Of a stretch of 64,000 nucleotides of DNA, positions 44,030-56,605 are shown in pieces. The position numbers and the translations under genes are program-made. Origin of the DNA: an uncultured Methylomirabilota bacterium (GTDB lineage: Bacteria; Methylomirabilota; Methylomirabilia; Methylomirabilales; 2-02-FULL-66-22); assembly GCA_963845565.1 (NCBI GenBank), contig CAWJSJ010000001.1, positions 224,001 through 288,000 on the forward strand, read 5' to 3'. The first letter of the stretch is position 1, and each line of letters begins with the position of its first letter. The notes below the pieces were generated by a model. That model was not told the DNA's origin. It was given only the letters and a program-made list of their open reading frames with translations, and did no database searches.

Positions 44030-44400
44030 CGTCTTCTCCTTTTCTTCGTTCGTGCTATAAGAGTCGTGAAGCGTGCCCGCATGGTGCAGGCCCCGCCACG
44101 GTACGCGAGACTTCCACCGATCGTTATCCTCCTCTGTTATGCCCGGTCTCCTTCCGCGAGGAATCGCGCCTACGCGTCGCTCCCCACACGCGGCACCCAC
44201 GCGGACCGCACGTTCCAGGGCGAATTCGTGCGGAATCCCAGTGAACGCGAACTACCGGCTCGAAACGCAAGGGGAAGCGCGCTAGCGGCGCCACCTCGAG
44301 TAGCACCAACGCCCACCCCCGTCGCGGCAACGCGCCAGTTCCTGCCCGACCCATTGCGCGCAGAACTTTCCCGCGGGGTTCGATGCTCCTCACCGACACG

Positions 44401-44547
44401 TTACCCGCCGAAGAGGAAACCGATGACCACCACGAGCAGGACCGTTCCGGCGACCCCCAGACCCCCGCCGGCCCCCCAGCGGGTATACCCGTAATAGCCC
44501 CCGCCGGCGCCGCACGCCAGCGCGAGCAGCGGAATGAGCCACAGCAT
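44401..44547 (-). CDS. DUF3309-like small membrane protein, 48 aa
   Basis: MLWLIPLLALACGAGGGYYGYTRWGAGGGLG…. Confidence 0.75.
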   Translation of the reverse strand: MLWLIPLLALACGAGGGYYGYTRWGAGGGLGVAGTVLLVVVIGFLFGG

Positions 44548-44620
44548 CCGCCGTCCCCTTTCCGCAGGGACCCCGGCGGCCCCTGGTGGCTGCCGGGTAT
44601 CCCCGCTGTCCTGGGAACGC

Positions 44621-44770
44621 TGCAAGGACAGGTCCACATCACTCGTCAAGCGCCTCGATGTGGTCTCCGCCCTGTGAAGCCGACAGGTTAGCCCGAGGGC
44701 GGCGGCGCGCTCACCACGCCTAGCTCGGCGCGCACCGTCCGAAATCTCGGATCGCCTCCACGATTTCGGA
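44621..44770 (-). promoter_or_regulatory. Sigma54-type promoter unit I- (leftward)
   Basis: Minus strand TCCGAAATCGTGGA-GGCGA-TCCGAGATTTCGGA; TGGACCTGTCCTTGCA (44636-44621). Confidence 0.8.
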
Positions 44771-44971
44771 TGGCGCGGGGCCCGCGGCAGGGGACCCGTG
44801 CCTTGCACTGGCCGGTGAGCGCTTTGCCCACCGGGGACGGGTCCGTCGAATCGAGGGCGCGTCTGCACGCGGGCCCGGCCGGTGCCCCGCCTCCGACATG
44901 CGGCCCCACCTGCGTGTCCCGACTCATGGAAACTCGGGTGCCCGCCGTCGGCCGACCTGGTGCCTTCCCCA

Positions 44972-45121
44972 TCCGACAGGTCGGAGGCGCTCCGAGATCT
45001 CGGGCGGATCGCGGCAGACCCGTCGCCAAGAGGCCGACCCGCCGCGCCGCCAACTCCTTGTTTCCAAGGCCCGGTGCGCTCGGCAAGCTCCCGGCGCGCT
45101 GGCTGGATCTGGCTTTGCATA
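44972..45121 (+). promoter_or_regulatory. Sigma54-type promoter unit I+
   Basis: TCCGACAGGTCGGA-GGCGC-TCCGAGATCTCGGG; TGGATCTGGCTTTGCATA (45104-45121). Confidence 0.85.
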
Positions 45122-45206
45122 CTCGAATGAGGACCGGGGGCCGATCGGTCCACGGCACCATCCACACGCAATGGGCTGTGAGTCAGCCTGAGAGGAGGGG
45201 GATCGC

Positions 45207-45281
45207 ATGAGTTCGATCGTGTACGTCGTCGGCGCAGTCGTCATCATTGGTGTTGCGCTGAAGATGCTGGGCGTCTATTAG
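45207..45281 (+). CDS. 24-aa membrane microprotein (MSSIVYVVGAVVIIGVALKMLGVY)
   Basis: GAGGAGG RBS; third paralogue. Confidence 0.8.
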   Translation: MSSIVYVVGAVVIIGVALKMLGVY

Positions 45282-45425
45282 GGCGCGGGCCGGATCCGCC
45301 AGGCGCCACGGGGGTCGGGGCCCGGATGTCGGTCGCGCGGCCCTTCTCCGGCCGCCTGATCGCTGGGTTGGTTTTGCGCTTGTCTTTAACAAGCAAGTTG
45401 GTGTACGGGTTAAAGGGAGCCACCC

Positions 45426-46013
45426 ATGACGCTGGGAATCGTGATTGCGGCGTTGATGCTGAGTCTGGGGCTGTTCGCAGCCCCCGGGTTCGCCGCCCAA
45501 GGGCCGGCCAGAGACCCAGTGGTATCCACCGAGCGTCCGATGAAGGCCGACGGCACGACGGCCACCGGTGAGGGCACGGACTCCCGGCTCACCCTCAAGA
45601 CCAGGCTGGCGTTGCTGGGCGACGAACGGGTCAGCAGCAACAATGTAAGCGTGACGACGGCGAAGGGCGTGATCACGCTCCGCGGGCAGGTGGCCAGTGA
45701 GGCCGAGCGGCAGGCCGCGGAGGCCGTCGCCCGCACGATTGAGGGGCAGCAGGCGGTGGTCAACCACTTGACGGTGGTGCCGCAGGCGGTTCGCACGGCG
45801 GTCGAGCGCCGGGACGACCAACTCGTGACGGACGTCAGGCAGGCGATCACGAAGGAGGCGTCCCTGCGGAAGGCCACCATCGAGGTCCGCGCGGAGAAGG
45901 GGGTCGTCACACTCACGGGGAAGGCCCCGTCGCTTGAGACGAGCGTTCGCGCCTCCGAAGTGGTCCGCTGGGTGTCTGGTGTGCGCGCCGTGCGGAACGA
46001 GCTGGCGTGGTAG
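45426..46013 (+). CDS. Double BON domain protein
   Basis: Paralogue of 21596-22150. Confidence 0.9.
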   Translation: MTLGIVIAALMLSLGLFAAPGFAAQGPARDPVVSTERPMKADGTTATGEGTDSRLTLKTRLALLGDERVSSNNVSVTTAKGVITLRGQVASEAERQAAEAVARTIEGQQAVVNHLTVVPQAVRTAVERRDDQLVTDVRQAITKEASLRKATIEVRAEKGVVTLTGKAPSLETSVRASEVVRWVSGVRAVRNELAW

Positions 46014-46296
46014 GGCAAGGGCGCGTGCCGCCAAGGGGACGAGGGGGAATTCTGCATGTTGTGGGTCGGGGACGAAGGCATCGCAAGAAACATCCGGGAG
46101 ACGTGCCGATGAGCGAGACTCCCGTCCGACCGCGATGGCCGGCGAAACCCTGGGCGGTTCGGTCGAAAACGGATGCAAATCTCCGAACGAGGGCGCTCGG
46201 CGTGATCGGTCTCTCTGGAATGGACGCCTTCGCGTGACTGTGGAGAAGACGCGTCTCACGACACCACGCGCACATCCCGCACAGTCAGGGTGCCGG

Positions 46297-47358
46297 ATGG
46301 GCCGATCGCGCACGTTCCCGCCTTTCGTGGCGCTCGCGGTTGTAACCGTTGTAACACTTGTGGCGACTGCGTGCATGCGGTTTGCCCCGAATTATCCGAC
46401 AACCCACCTGGCTGCCCACCGGCCCGACCTGCCCGTCCCAACTGGCTACGAGTACCGGAAAACGGCTTCCCCGGTGACTCTGGAACGTCAGAGCATCTCT
46501 GCCGACGGACGGTACGAGACCTATGTCCTCACGTTGCCCTCGGTGGAAGGCAATGGACAGGGTCCGCTTCCCGCCAGCGTGCAGTACCTGAAGTTGAAGA
46601 CGCCAGGCAAGAAGAAGCTGGTCATCGTGGTCCCGATCTACGGGAGTGTCAGTTTCGCATCCACAATGACGGCGAGGCACTTGATCGAATGGCAGAAGCA
46701 AGACACGAATGTCCTCTTGATCCTGGATGCAAACGAGATTTTTGACGGAGATGTCGAACGAGCCCCGATCATGACCACGGAAGCAGAGCTCCTTCAGGGG
46801 GTGCAGCGGTGCGTGACACGATTCCGTAATGCCGTGATTACCATCCGGCGGTTGATCGACTGGGCGGAAACGGTGGACGAGATCGACGCGGCGCGCATCG
46901 GGGTTGTCGGCTTCTCGATCGGGGCCTCCGTCGCCAACGTCGCGATGGGGGTCGATGCGCGGATCGCCGCCGGAGCCTTCGTGCTTCCCTCAACGAAGCT
47001 GCACGAGATCTTTGCCTACGGCCGCGTGCCGCACTGGAAAGAGTCGATCGATCGCGCCCGCGCGAACTTGCAGCTCACTCCCGACGAGCTCGCGCAGAAG
47101 GTGGAGCCGATCCTTCGGTCCATCGACCCGATTCACTTCTCGAAATCCATTGACCCGACCAGGGTGCTGCTCATCGAGGCGGCGCAAGACAGTTACGTGC
47201 CCGTACACGCGCGGCTCCTCCACTGGGAAGCCCTCGGGAGACCCCGGCTCATCCGGATCGATTACGACCACAAGGTCGCCTTCCTGTTGTCGATGACCTT
47301 CCTCAGCCGACATTTCACCGCAACGGCTATCGCGGAATTCTTCGACGAAACCCTCTAG
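46297..47358 (+). CDS. Alpha/beta hydrolase-fold putative lipoprotein
   Basis: ATAC lipobox-like site; RIGVVGFSIG nucleophile elbow, D and H downstream. Confidence 0.7.
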   Translation: MGRSRTFPPFVALAVVTVVTLVATACMRFAPNYPTTHLAAHRPDLPVPTGYEYRKTASPVTLERQSISADGRYETYVLTLPSVEGNGQGPLPASVQYLKLKTPGKKKLVIVVPIYGSVSFASTMTARHLIEWQKQDTNVLLILDANEIFDGDVERAPIMTTEAELLQGVQRCVTRFRNAVITIRRLIDWAETVDEIDAARIGVVGFSIGASVANVAMGVDARIAAGAFVLPSTKLHEIFAYGRVPHWKESIDRARANLQLTPDELAQKVEPILRSIDPIHFSKSIDPTRVLLIEAAQDSYVPVHARLLHWEALGRPRLIRIDYDHKVAFLLSMTFLSRHFTATAIAEFFDETL

Positions 47359-47403
47359 CCCGGATTATTCACGAAGGATTCGTGAATAATCCGGGCTTAC
47401 CTG
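47357..47403. repeat. Perfect 19-bp-arm palindrome, copy 2
   Basis: AGCCCGGATTATTCACGAA-GGA-TTCGTGAATAATCCGGGCT. Confidence 0.9.
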
Positions 47404-47444
47404 CGTGTGCGCCGCGCGGGGCGCAGCGGAATGGCACCTCACCC

Positions 47445-47593
47445 TCCGAGATGTCGGAGTCGCTCCGAGATCTTGGACGTTTCCTTCCGGTACCTGCGGG
47501 GGGAGTCCAGCGAAACATCCCCTCAACCACCCGATTCCATGGATGGAGATCGCGTCGTCCTGCTCGCCGAGAGGAATGGATCTGGATTTGCAG
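47445..47593 (+). promoter_or_regulatory. Sigma54-type promoter unit J
   Basis: TCCGAGATGTCGGA-GTCGC-TCCGAGATCTTGGA; TGGATCTGGATTTGCAG (47577-47593). Confidence 0.85.
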
Positions 47594-47753
47594 ATTCACC
47601 AGGGAAGCGGCGAGGGCGAAGCGCCGGCGTGACACATCATTCTCCAGTGTTGTGGGGCTTTCAGACGGCGGACGGCGCCTCGCGCGAGACGCCGCTCTGA
47701 CCGAGTGCCTGCGGGGCCCGGCCGCCAGGCGCGCAGCACAGAAGGGAAACGCG

Positions 47754-48017
47754 ATGCGAACCAGTGACGGGTTTATCCTGGGAGCGATCACGGGGGCCGC
47801 CATCGTCTGGTACTGGCGCCGAGAGATCGAGGACTTTGCGCGGGACAAGACGCGCGGGGTGCGAACGCAGGCGGCGGAGGGGCTCCAGGCGGTGGAGGAG
47901 GGTACACCGAAGGTGCTCGACCGCGGTGGGGACGCCCTGCGGCGCGCCGAGGACATCTTCCAGGAAACGTTGATGTGGGATTCACCGAAACGGCGAGTGT
48001 CCAGACCCATTGCGTAG
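47754..48017 (+). CDS. YtxH-like small membrane-anchored protein (possibly truncated)
   Basis: GFILGAITGAAIVWYW followed by a helical charged region. Confidence 0.55.
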   Translation: MRTSDGFILGAITGAAIVWYWRREIEDFARDKTRGVRTQAAEGLQAVEEGTPKVLDRGGDALRRAEDIFQETLMWDSPKRRVSRPIA

Positions 48018-48057
48018 CGACGCCGTCGAAACGGTAGAGGTAGAGGAGGATCGGACA

Positions 48058-50569
48058 ATGCATACCAGGGGGATCATCGGGCTTCTGCTGACGCTCGCCG
48101 TGCTGACACCTGTGGCGCCCACCGCGCAGGCGGCCGACGCACCGACCCCGGAGCAGGCCGCGCTCGACCAAACGCCGCCACGCTTGAGCTTCGTCGATGG
48201 GCAGGTGTCGTTCTGGCGCCCCGGCGCCCAGGATTGGGCGCAGGCCCAAGTCAACACGCCCCTCGCGCCGGGGGACCAGCTCTCCACCGGGTCCCCGGGC
48301 AATCTGGAGCTCCAGGTTGGCGTCCGTGCCTTCGTGCGCGGGCGGGCAAACACCCAGATCGGCCTGGAGAACCAGGAGCCGGATTATATCCAGTTCAAAG
48401 TGACGGCGGGTTCCGCCGCCTTTGACCTGCGCGGGCTCGAGCGCGGGCAGATGGTGGAGGTGGACACGCCGAACGCGGCCTTCACCATCGAGCAACCGGG
48501 CTACTATCGGGTGGAGGTCGCCGGCGAGCACACCTCGTTCATCACCCGCCGGACCGGCCGGGCCACCGCCATCCCGGCCAGCGGGGAGGCGTTCGTCATC
48601 GCGCCGAGCGAAGAGGTGGTGATCGAGGGCACGGCGAGCCCGCAGGTCGCCTCCTACGCCGCGCCGAAGTTCGATGAATGGGACAAGTGGAACTACGCGC
48701 GCACGCATGCGCTCCTGGACGCGGTGAGCGCCCGCCACGTCTCCCCCGGCACGTACGGGGTGAGCGATCTCGACCGCTATGGAAGCTGGCGAGTCGTGCC
48801 CGAATACGGTTCCGTCTGGGTCCCGACCTCGGTGCAGCCCGGCTGGGCGCCGTACACCACGGGTTCGTGGACGAACGATCCGTCCTACGGCTGGACCTGG
48901 GTAGACACCGCCCCGTGGGGCTGGGCGCCATATCACTACGGCCGCTGGGTCTCCGTGAACAATTACTGGGCCTGGGCGCCGGGGCCGGTGGTGGCGAGGC
49001 CGGTGTATGCGCCCGCTCTCGTCGCCTTCTTCGGCGGGCCCGGGGTGAGTGTCGGTATCAGCATCGGCGGCCCCGTCGTGGGCTGGGTGGCACTCGGGTG
49101 GGGCGAGCCGCTCGTGCCCTGGTGGGGGCGGGAGGGGTTCAGACACCGGCCGTCGTGGAACGGCTGGGGCGGCCCACGCGTCGTCAACAACACGGTCATC
49201 ACCAACACGACCGTGGTGAACGTGCAGAACATCAATGTCTATCGCAACAGCAACGTGCAGAACGCCGTGGTGGTGGTCAACGAGAATCGCTTCGGCCGCG
49301 GTCCCATCACATCGGCGCGCGTCGCCCGGGTGGATGCGAAGAGCCTCCAACTGATTCACACCGCGCCCCAGGTCGCCGTGACGCCCGCGAGCTTCGTGCC
49401 CACGGCGACCCGCGGCATCCGGCCTCCCGAGGAGAGTGTGAAGCGGTCGGTGGTCGCCACGCGCCCGCCGCACCGACGGGAAGAGTCGGCGTCCGGCGCA
49501 GAGCGGACCGTGGGGCCGGCGGGGGTCCCCGCGCCGGCGCCGCGTATCGTCACGGCGCCTCAGCAGCCCGAACCTGCTTCGGTCCTGCCCCGTCCTCCCC
49601 TCGGGCAGAGTAAGGTCGAGCGCCCCACGGCCGATATCACTCGGCCTCCTTCGCCTCCGGGGAGTCGAGGCCCACGGCGACCCGAGAAAGGGTCGGAGGG
49701 TGCGCCGGCCGTGACTCGCCAGACGCCCCGCAACCGGGCCGCGAGCCTCAGGTAGCCCGCCCCTCGCCGACAACCCCTGCGCCCCCGGCCACGACCGTGC
49801 AGCCGCCGGCAGCGCCTGAGAAGCAAGCCGGCCCGCAGCGGCCGGAGAAGGGGAAGAGTGCGGAGAGCGTGCCGCCCGTCACCCGGCAGGCACCACCGCC
49901 ACCGCCGCCCGGAGCCCCTGCGCCCCCGGCCACTTCCGTGCAGCCGCCGGCACCACCGAGAAGCAAGCCGGCCCGCAGCGGCCGGAGAAGGGGAAGGGTG
50001 CGGAGAGCGTGCCGCCCATAACCCGTCAGGCACCACCCCAAGCGGGACGCGAGCCACAAGCAACCAGCCCGGCACCGCCGGCGCCCAAGCCACCGGACGC
50101 GGGCGTGACAGCACCTCCGCCGTCGAGCAAACGTCCGGAGGCGCCACGGGTCGCGAGTCCACCGCCCGCCGCTCCTGCGCGCCCGGCCGCGCAGCCGCAG
50201 CCGCCGGCATCGCCTGAGAAGCAAGCCGCCCCGCAGCGGCCCGAGAAGGGGAAGGGTGCGGAGAGCGTGCCGCCAATAGCCCGTCCGGCACCACCCCAAG
50301 CGGGACGCGAGCCACAAGCAACCAGCCCGGCACCGCCGGCGCCCAAGCCAACGGCGCCGGGCGCGATAGCAGCGCAGCCGGCGCCCCGGCGTCCCGAGGC
50401 GGCGACCCCGCCGCCACGTCCACTGCCGGGCGAACCCGCCAATCGCCTTGCGCCGAATCGGGCGGAAAAGAGCCCGCCACGGTCTGTGGAGCGTAAGGGG
50501 TCCCCGGATCAGGAGCCTCAGCGCAAAGCGCCCGAAGGCGCGCCGGGGGAGCAGCCCAGCGGACGGTAG
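48058..50569 (+). CDS. FecR + DUF6600-like exported protein with long Pro-rich repeat tail (frameshifts after ~49740)
   Basis: RLSFVDGQVSF, DLDRYGSW, GWAPY, PWGWAPYHYGRW, VGWVALGWGE; RPEKGK.AESVPP repeats. Confidence 0.8.
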
Positions 50570-50637
50570 GGTACTGATCTCGTTGTTCAAGGCGCCGCAT
50601 CCTGGGGGCCAAGTGAAGGGAGAAAGGGGACAGGGTC

Positions 50638-50961
50638 ATGAACACAAGAGCCACGATGGCGATCCTGGCGGCAGCCGCGCTCCTCATTGGCGGATGGACG
50701 TGGGCGCCGCACAATGGCTGGGCCCAGCAGGGGACGGGGCCCGCAGGCCAGGGCCTGATGATCGGGCAGACTTCCCAAAGCGTGGCGGCCACGGGGTCGG
50801 GGATGATGGGGCAAGCGGGCCGCACCGGACCGGGGTGGATGGGGAACTGGGGATACGACTATGGCATGGGACTGGGACCGCTGGGCTGGCTGTTCATGCT
50901 CCTGGTTGGGGAGTTGATCCTTGTGGGAGTGGTTCTGTTCGCTCGCCGGCGCCCGTTGTAG
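50638..50961 (+). CDS. Small Gly/Met-rich membrane protein
   Basis: Signal peptide, GMMG, C-terminal TM helix. Confidence 0.6.
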   Translation: MNTRATMAILAAAALLIGGWTWAPHNGWAQQGTGPAGQGLMIGQTSQSVAATGSGMMGQAGRTGPGWMGNWGYDYGMGLGPLGWLFMLLVGELILVGVVLFARRRPL

Positions 50962-51692
50962 CGCCAGCCTGAAACGGGGCGCGCGGCGCTTGAATCCCCG
51001 CTTGCAGCTTGAAGCAGCGGTACGCCCTCGGGGAGAGCCGGAGGGAGGACGACGCCCGGACGAGGCAAGCACTCCACGGGTACGAGGCGCCGGGTGCCTC
51101 GCCTTCGGCCTCGTGCTGGCGTCGCTGGTGGGCCGCTTTTGGCACAACAGCGCCCTTTTCCGAGAGCATCAGCGCGGGGCAGGGCGATGTCATTTCAGGG
51201 CCTTCCTTCGACGGTGGGGTTCGGCCGGAGGGCGCCCGGTCTGTCCCTCGGCGGCAGGCGCGTCGCGCTGCCTCACGCAGGAGTGTGAATGGTCGGCAGC
51301 GTTCTGACGCGGCGCGTCCGCACCCACGCGACGGCGGGGAGTGCGCCGACGGTCCCCTGTCCGGGGTGTGGGGGCCGAGGGCGGTTCGAGTGGAGCCGGG
51401 ACGATGACACTGCCGCGCCAGTGGTCCTGGGATGCGCCGTGCGGGATGTGCGAGGGGCGTGGCGTGATTCCGGGCTCGTGGCTCCGGGACAAGCCGACCA
51501 CGCGGTCTGCGTAACGGCCTCCTCTCCGACGGTGTTCCTCGATGCGGTGCGCCCAGGGGGTGTCGCGGCGGAGCCGGAGATCGTGCGTAAGGGGGCGACG
51601 GGCTGGCGTGGTGCTCCCGGCGCCCCGGCCCACGCTGTGGGCGACACGGCCACCGCGCGCATCCTCACACCCGCGTTGCCAGGAGACGTTCC

Positions 51693-52301
51693 ATGCAACC
51701 CACGGACATCCTGATGACCGAACACCGGCTGATCGAACAGGTGTTGAATTGCCTGGAGAAGGTCGTCCAGCAGGCTGAGGCGGAGAAGCACCTGGAAAAG
51801 CAGTCCGCCCTGGAGGTGATCGACTTCTGCCGCGCCTTCGCCGATGGTTGCCACCATACCAAGGAGGAGGCCCACTTGTTTCCCGTCATGGAAGCCAACG
51901 GCTTCTCGGGCGGGTGCAGCCCCGTGGCCGTCATGCAGCGGGAGCACGAGTTGGGCCGCCTGTACATCCAGGGCATGGCGGCAGCGGTCGAGGCCGCTGC
52001 GCTGGGCGAGCCCGCGGCGCTGATGTGGTTTGGTCAGCACGGCACGAGCTACGTCAAGCTGCTGAGGGAGCATATCCACAAAGAGGACAGCTGTCTGTTT
52101 CCTGCGGCCAATCATCGGCTGACCGCGACCGATCAGCACCAGCTTCTCGCGGCGTTCGAGAAGGTCGAGGTCGAGGAGATCGGCAAGGGCACCCACGCGA
52201 AATACCTTGCCCTTGCCAATCAGTTGGCGGACCGATTCGGTGTGGCGCGCGTCGCTGCCGATCCCGCGACGTCCGATGCCGGGTGCGGCGGCGGACATTA
52301 G
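51693..52301 (+). CDS. Hemerythrin/HHE domain protein
   Basis: EHRLI, HHTKEE, REHE, EHIHKED. Confidence 0.88.
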   Translation: MQPTDILMTEHRLIEQVLNCLEKVVQQAEAEKHLEKQSALEVIDFCRAFADGCHHTKEEAHLFPVMEANGFSGGCSPVAVMQREHELGRLYIQGMAAAVEAAALGEPAALMWFGQHGTSYVKLLREHIHKEDSCLFPAANHRLTATDQHQLLAAFEKVEVEEIGKGTHAKYLALANQLADRFGVARVAADPATSDAGCGGGH

Positions 52302-52452
52302 CGGGCGGTTGCTTCAAAGGGCACTGCCCGGGGGGAAGGGTCAATCGCCTTGTCAATCCAATGATTGGGCTTGCGGTGTGGCGCGTAGAGAGAACAGTGC
52401 TCCAAAGAAAGCCCCCGCCAAGGGCGCGGCTGGCGATTGAAGGAGCCACCGT

Positions 52453-55208
<2,756 letters not shown>

Positions 55209-55282
55209 GAACACATACAACGGCGCTCGCGACGTTACCTCGATACCACGACCAGGCTGCCGCGCGTTGACGGAGAACCAGC

Positions 55283-56239
55283 ATGAATGGACCATCGCTC
55301 AAGCAGGGCTCGATGATGGTCGCCAGCACGAGGCGCCGGCGGCCCGGGGCGCCCTTGAGCAGGCCAAGCAGACTTGGCCAAGGGACTCGCCGGGCCTGGG
55401 CGATATCGTGCGGCGCCGTCAAAACGTTTTTGCGGATTGACGGGGCACAGTGGGCGGGAGCGTTCGCCTTCAATGCGTTCTTCTCGCTGTTTCCTTTGAT
55501 GATCCTGCTCGTCACAATTGCCTCGTCCTTTGTTGACCGGGACCGGGCCGGGACAGAGGTCATTGCCTACATGGAAAGCTACGTCCCGATCAGCGGCGAG
55601 ATGCAACGTCATATTTTTGACACCATTGCCGGTGTGATCCAGGCGCGCGAGCAGGCGGGCGTGGTCGCGCTTCTCATCCTGGTCTGGGCCGCCCTCCAAT
55701 GTTTCACCACCCTGATCTGCGCGACCAACCGAGCCTGGGGCACCGAGGTGTACAACTGGTGGCGGCTGCCGCTGAAGAGCCTGGTGCTGCTCGGCGTCAC
55801 GGCGGGTGCGGTCCTCCTGGGCATGGCGGCGCCGGTGCTGGCGAAAATGGCGAAGGATTGGGTCTTTCCGGTGAATGATTTTCGTTCCTGGGTCTATGCC
55901 CTGGGGAGCTTTGTCATCCCCTTGTTGGTGGTGTTCCTCAGCCTGAGCCTGTTTTACAGGCTGGCTCCGCGCCGGCCCACGCGGTTTGCCGAGGTCTGGG
56001 CCGCCGCCCTGTGCGCCACGGCTCTCTTGCAGGCGGCTGAAAGTCTATTCGTGATCTACCTCAAGCACTTCGCCACGTTCAACGCGGTCTACGGGGCGTT
56101 CGGCGGGATCATGGCGTTGCTGCTGTGGATCTACCTTTCCGGGTGCATTTTCATCTTCGGCGCCTGCCTGTGCGCCGCTCAGGCCGAAGGGCGTCCAGCG
56201 CCGGCGGAAACAACGATGGCACCGACCACGAGGAATTGA
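55283..56239 (+). CDS. YihY/virulence factor BrkB family membrane protein
   Basis: FSLFPL…YGAFGGIMALLLWIYLS…GA. Confidence 0.85.
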   Translation: MNGPSLKQGSMMVASTRRRRPGAPLSRPSRLGQGTRRAWAISCGAVKTFLRIDGAQWAGAFAFNAFFSLFPLMILLVTIASSFVDRDRAGTEVIAYMESYVPISGEMQRHIFDTIAGVIQAREQAGVVALLILVWAALQCFTTLICATNRAWGTEVYNWWRLPLKSLVLLGVTAGAVLLGMAAPVLAKMAKDWVFPVNDFRSWVYALGSFVIPLLVVFLSLSLFYRLAPRRPTRFAEVWAAALCATALLQAAESLFVIYLKHFATFNAVYGAFGGIMALLLWIYLSGCIFIFGACLCAAQAEGRPAPAETTMAPTTRN

Positions 56240-56605
56240 ACCATGACGTCGGCGTCCCGGTGAAGATGCGCACGGGTGACGCGCTAGCGGTCGCGAGGGA
56301 AATCGCGCGCGGAGTCGGCTTGCCCAACATCCGTCGCGTGGCGGACCTGAAGGCCGCGAGCGCGCAGGCGGGCAACGTGGTCCACGATCATCATTCCATG
56401 TGCGGACGTGCTCGACACGAACTCTCTCACGACATTTTGGCCCTTGACGCCAACCCGGCTGCCGACGCATAGTGGGATTGTGCGTGGTGCCGAATCTCCG
56501 ACCACGAAGGATACGGTCTCCCACTGGTCACCACCGTTGAAGGGATGGGCGGGGGAGACACGTGAGCGCTCCGGAGACGATCCCTGGTGCGTGAGGAGGG
56601 ACGCA

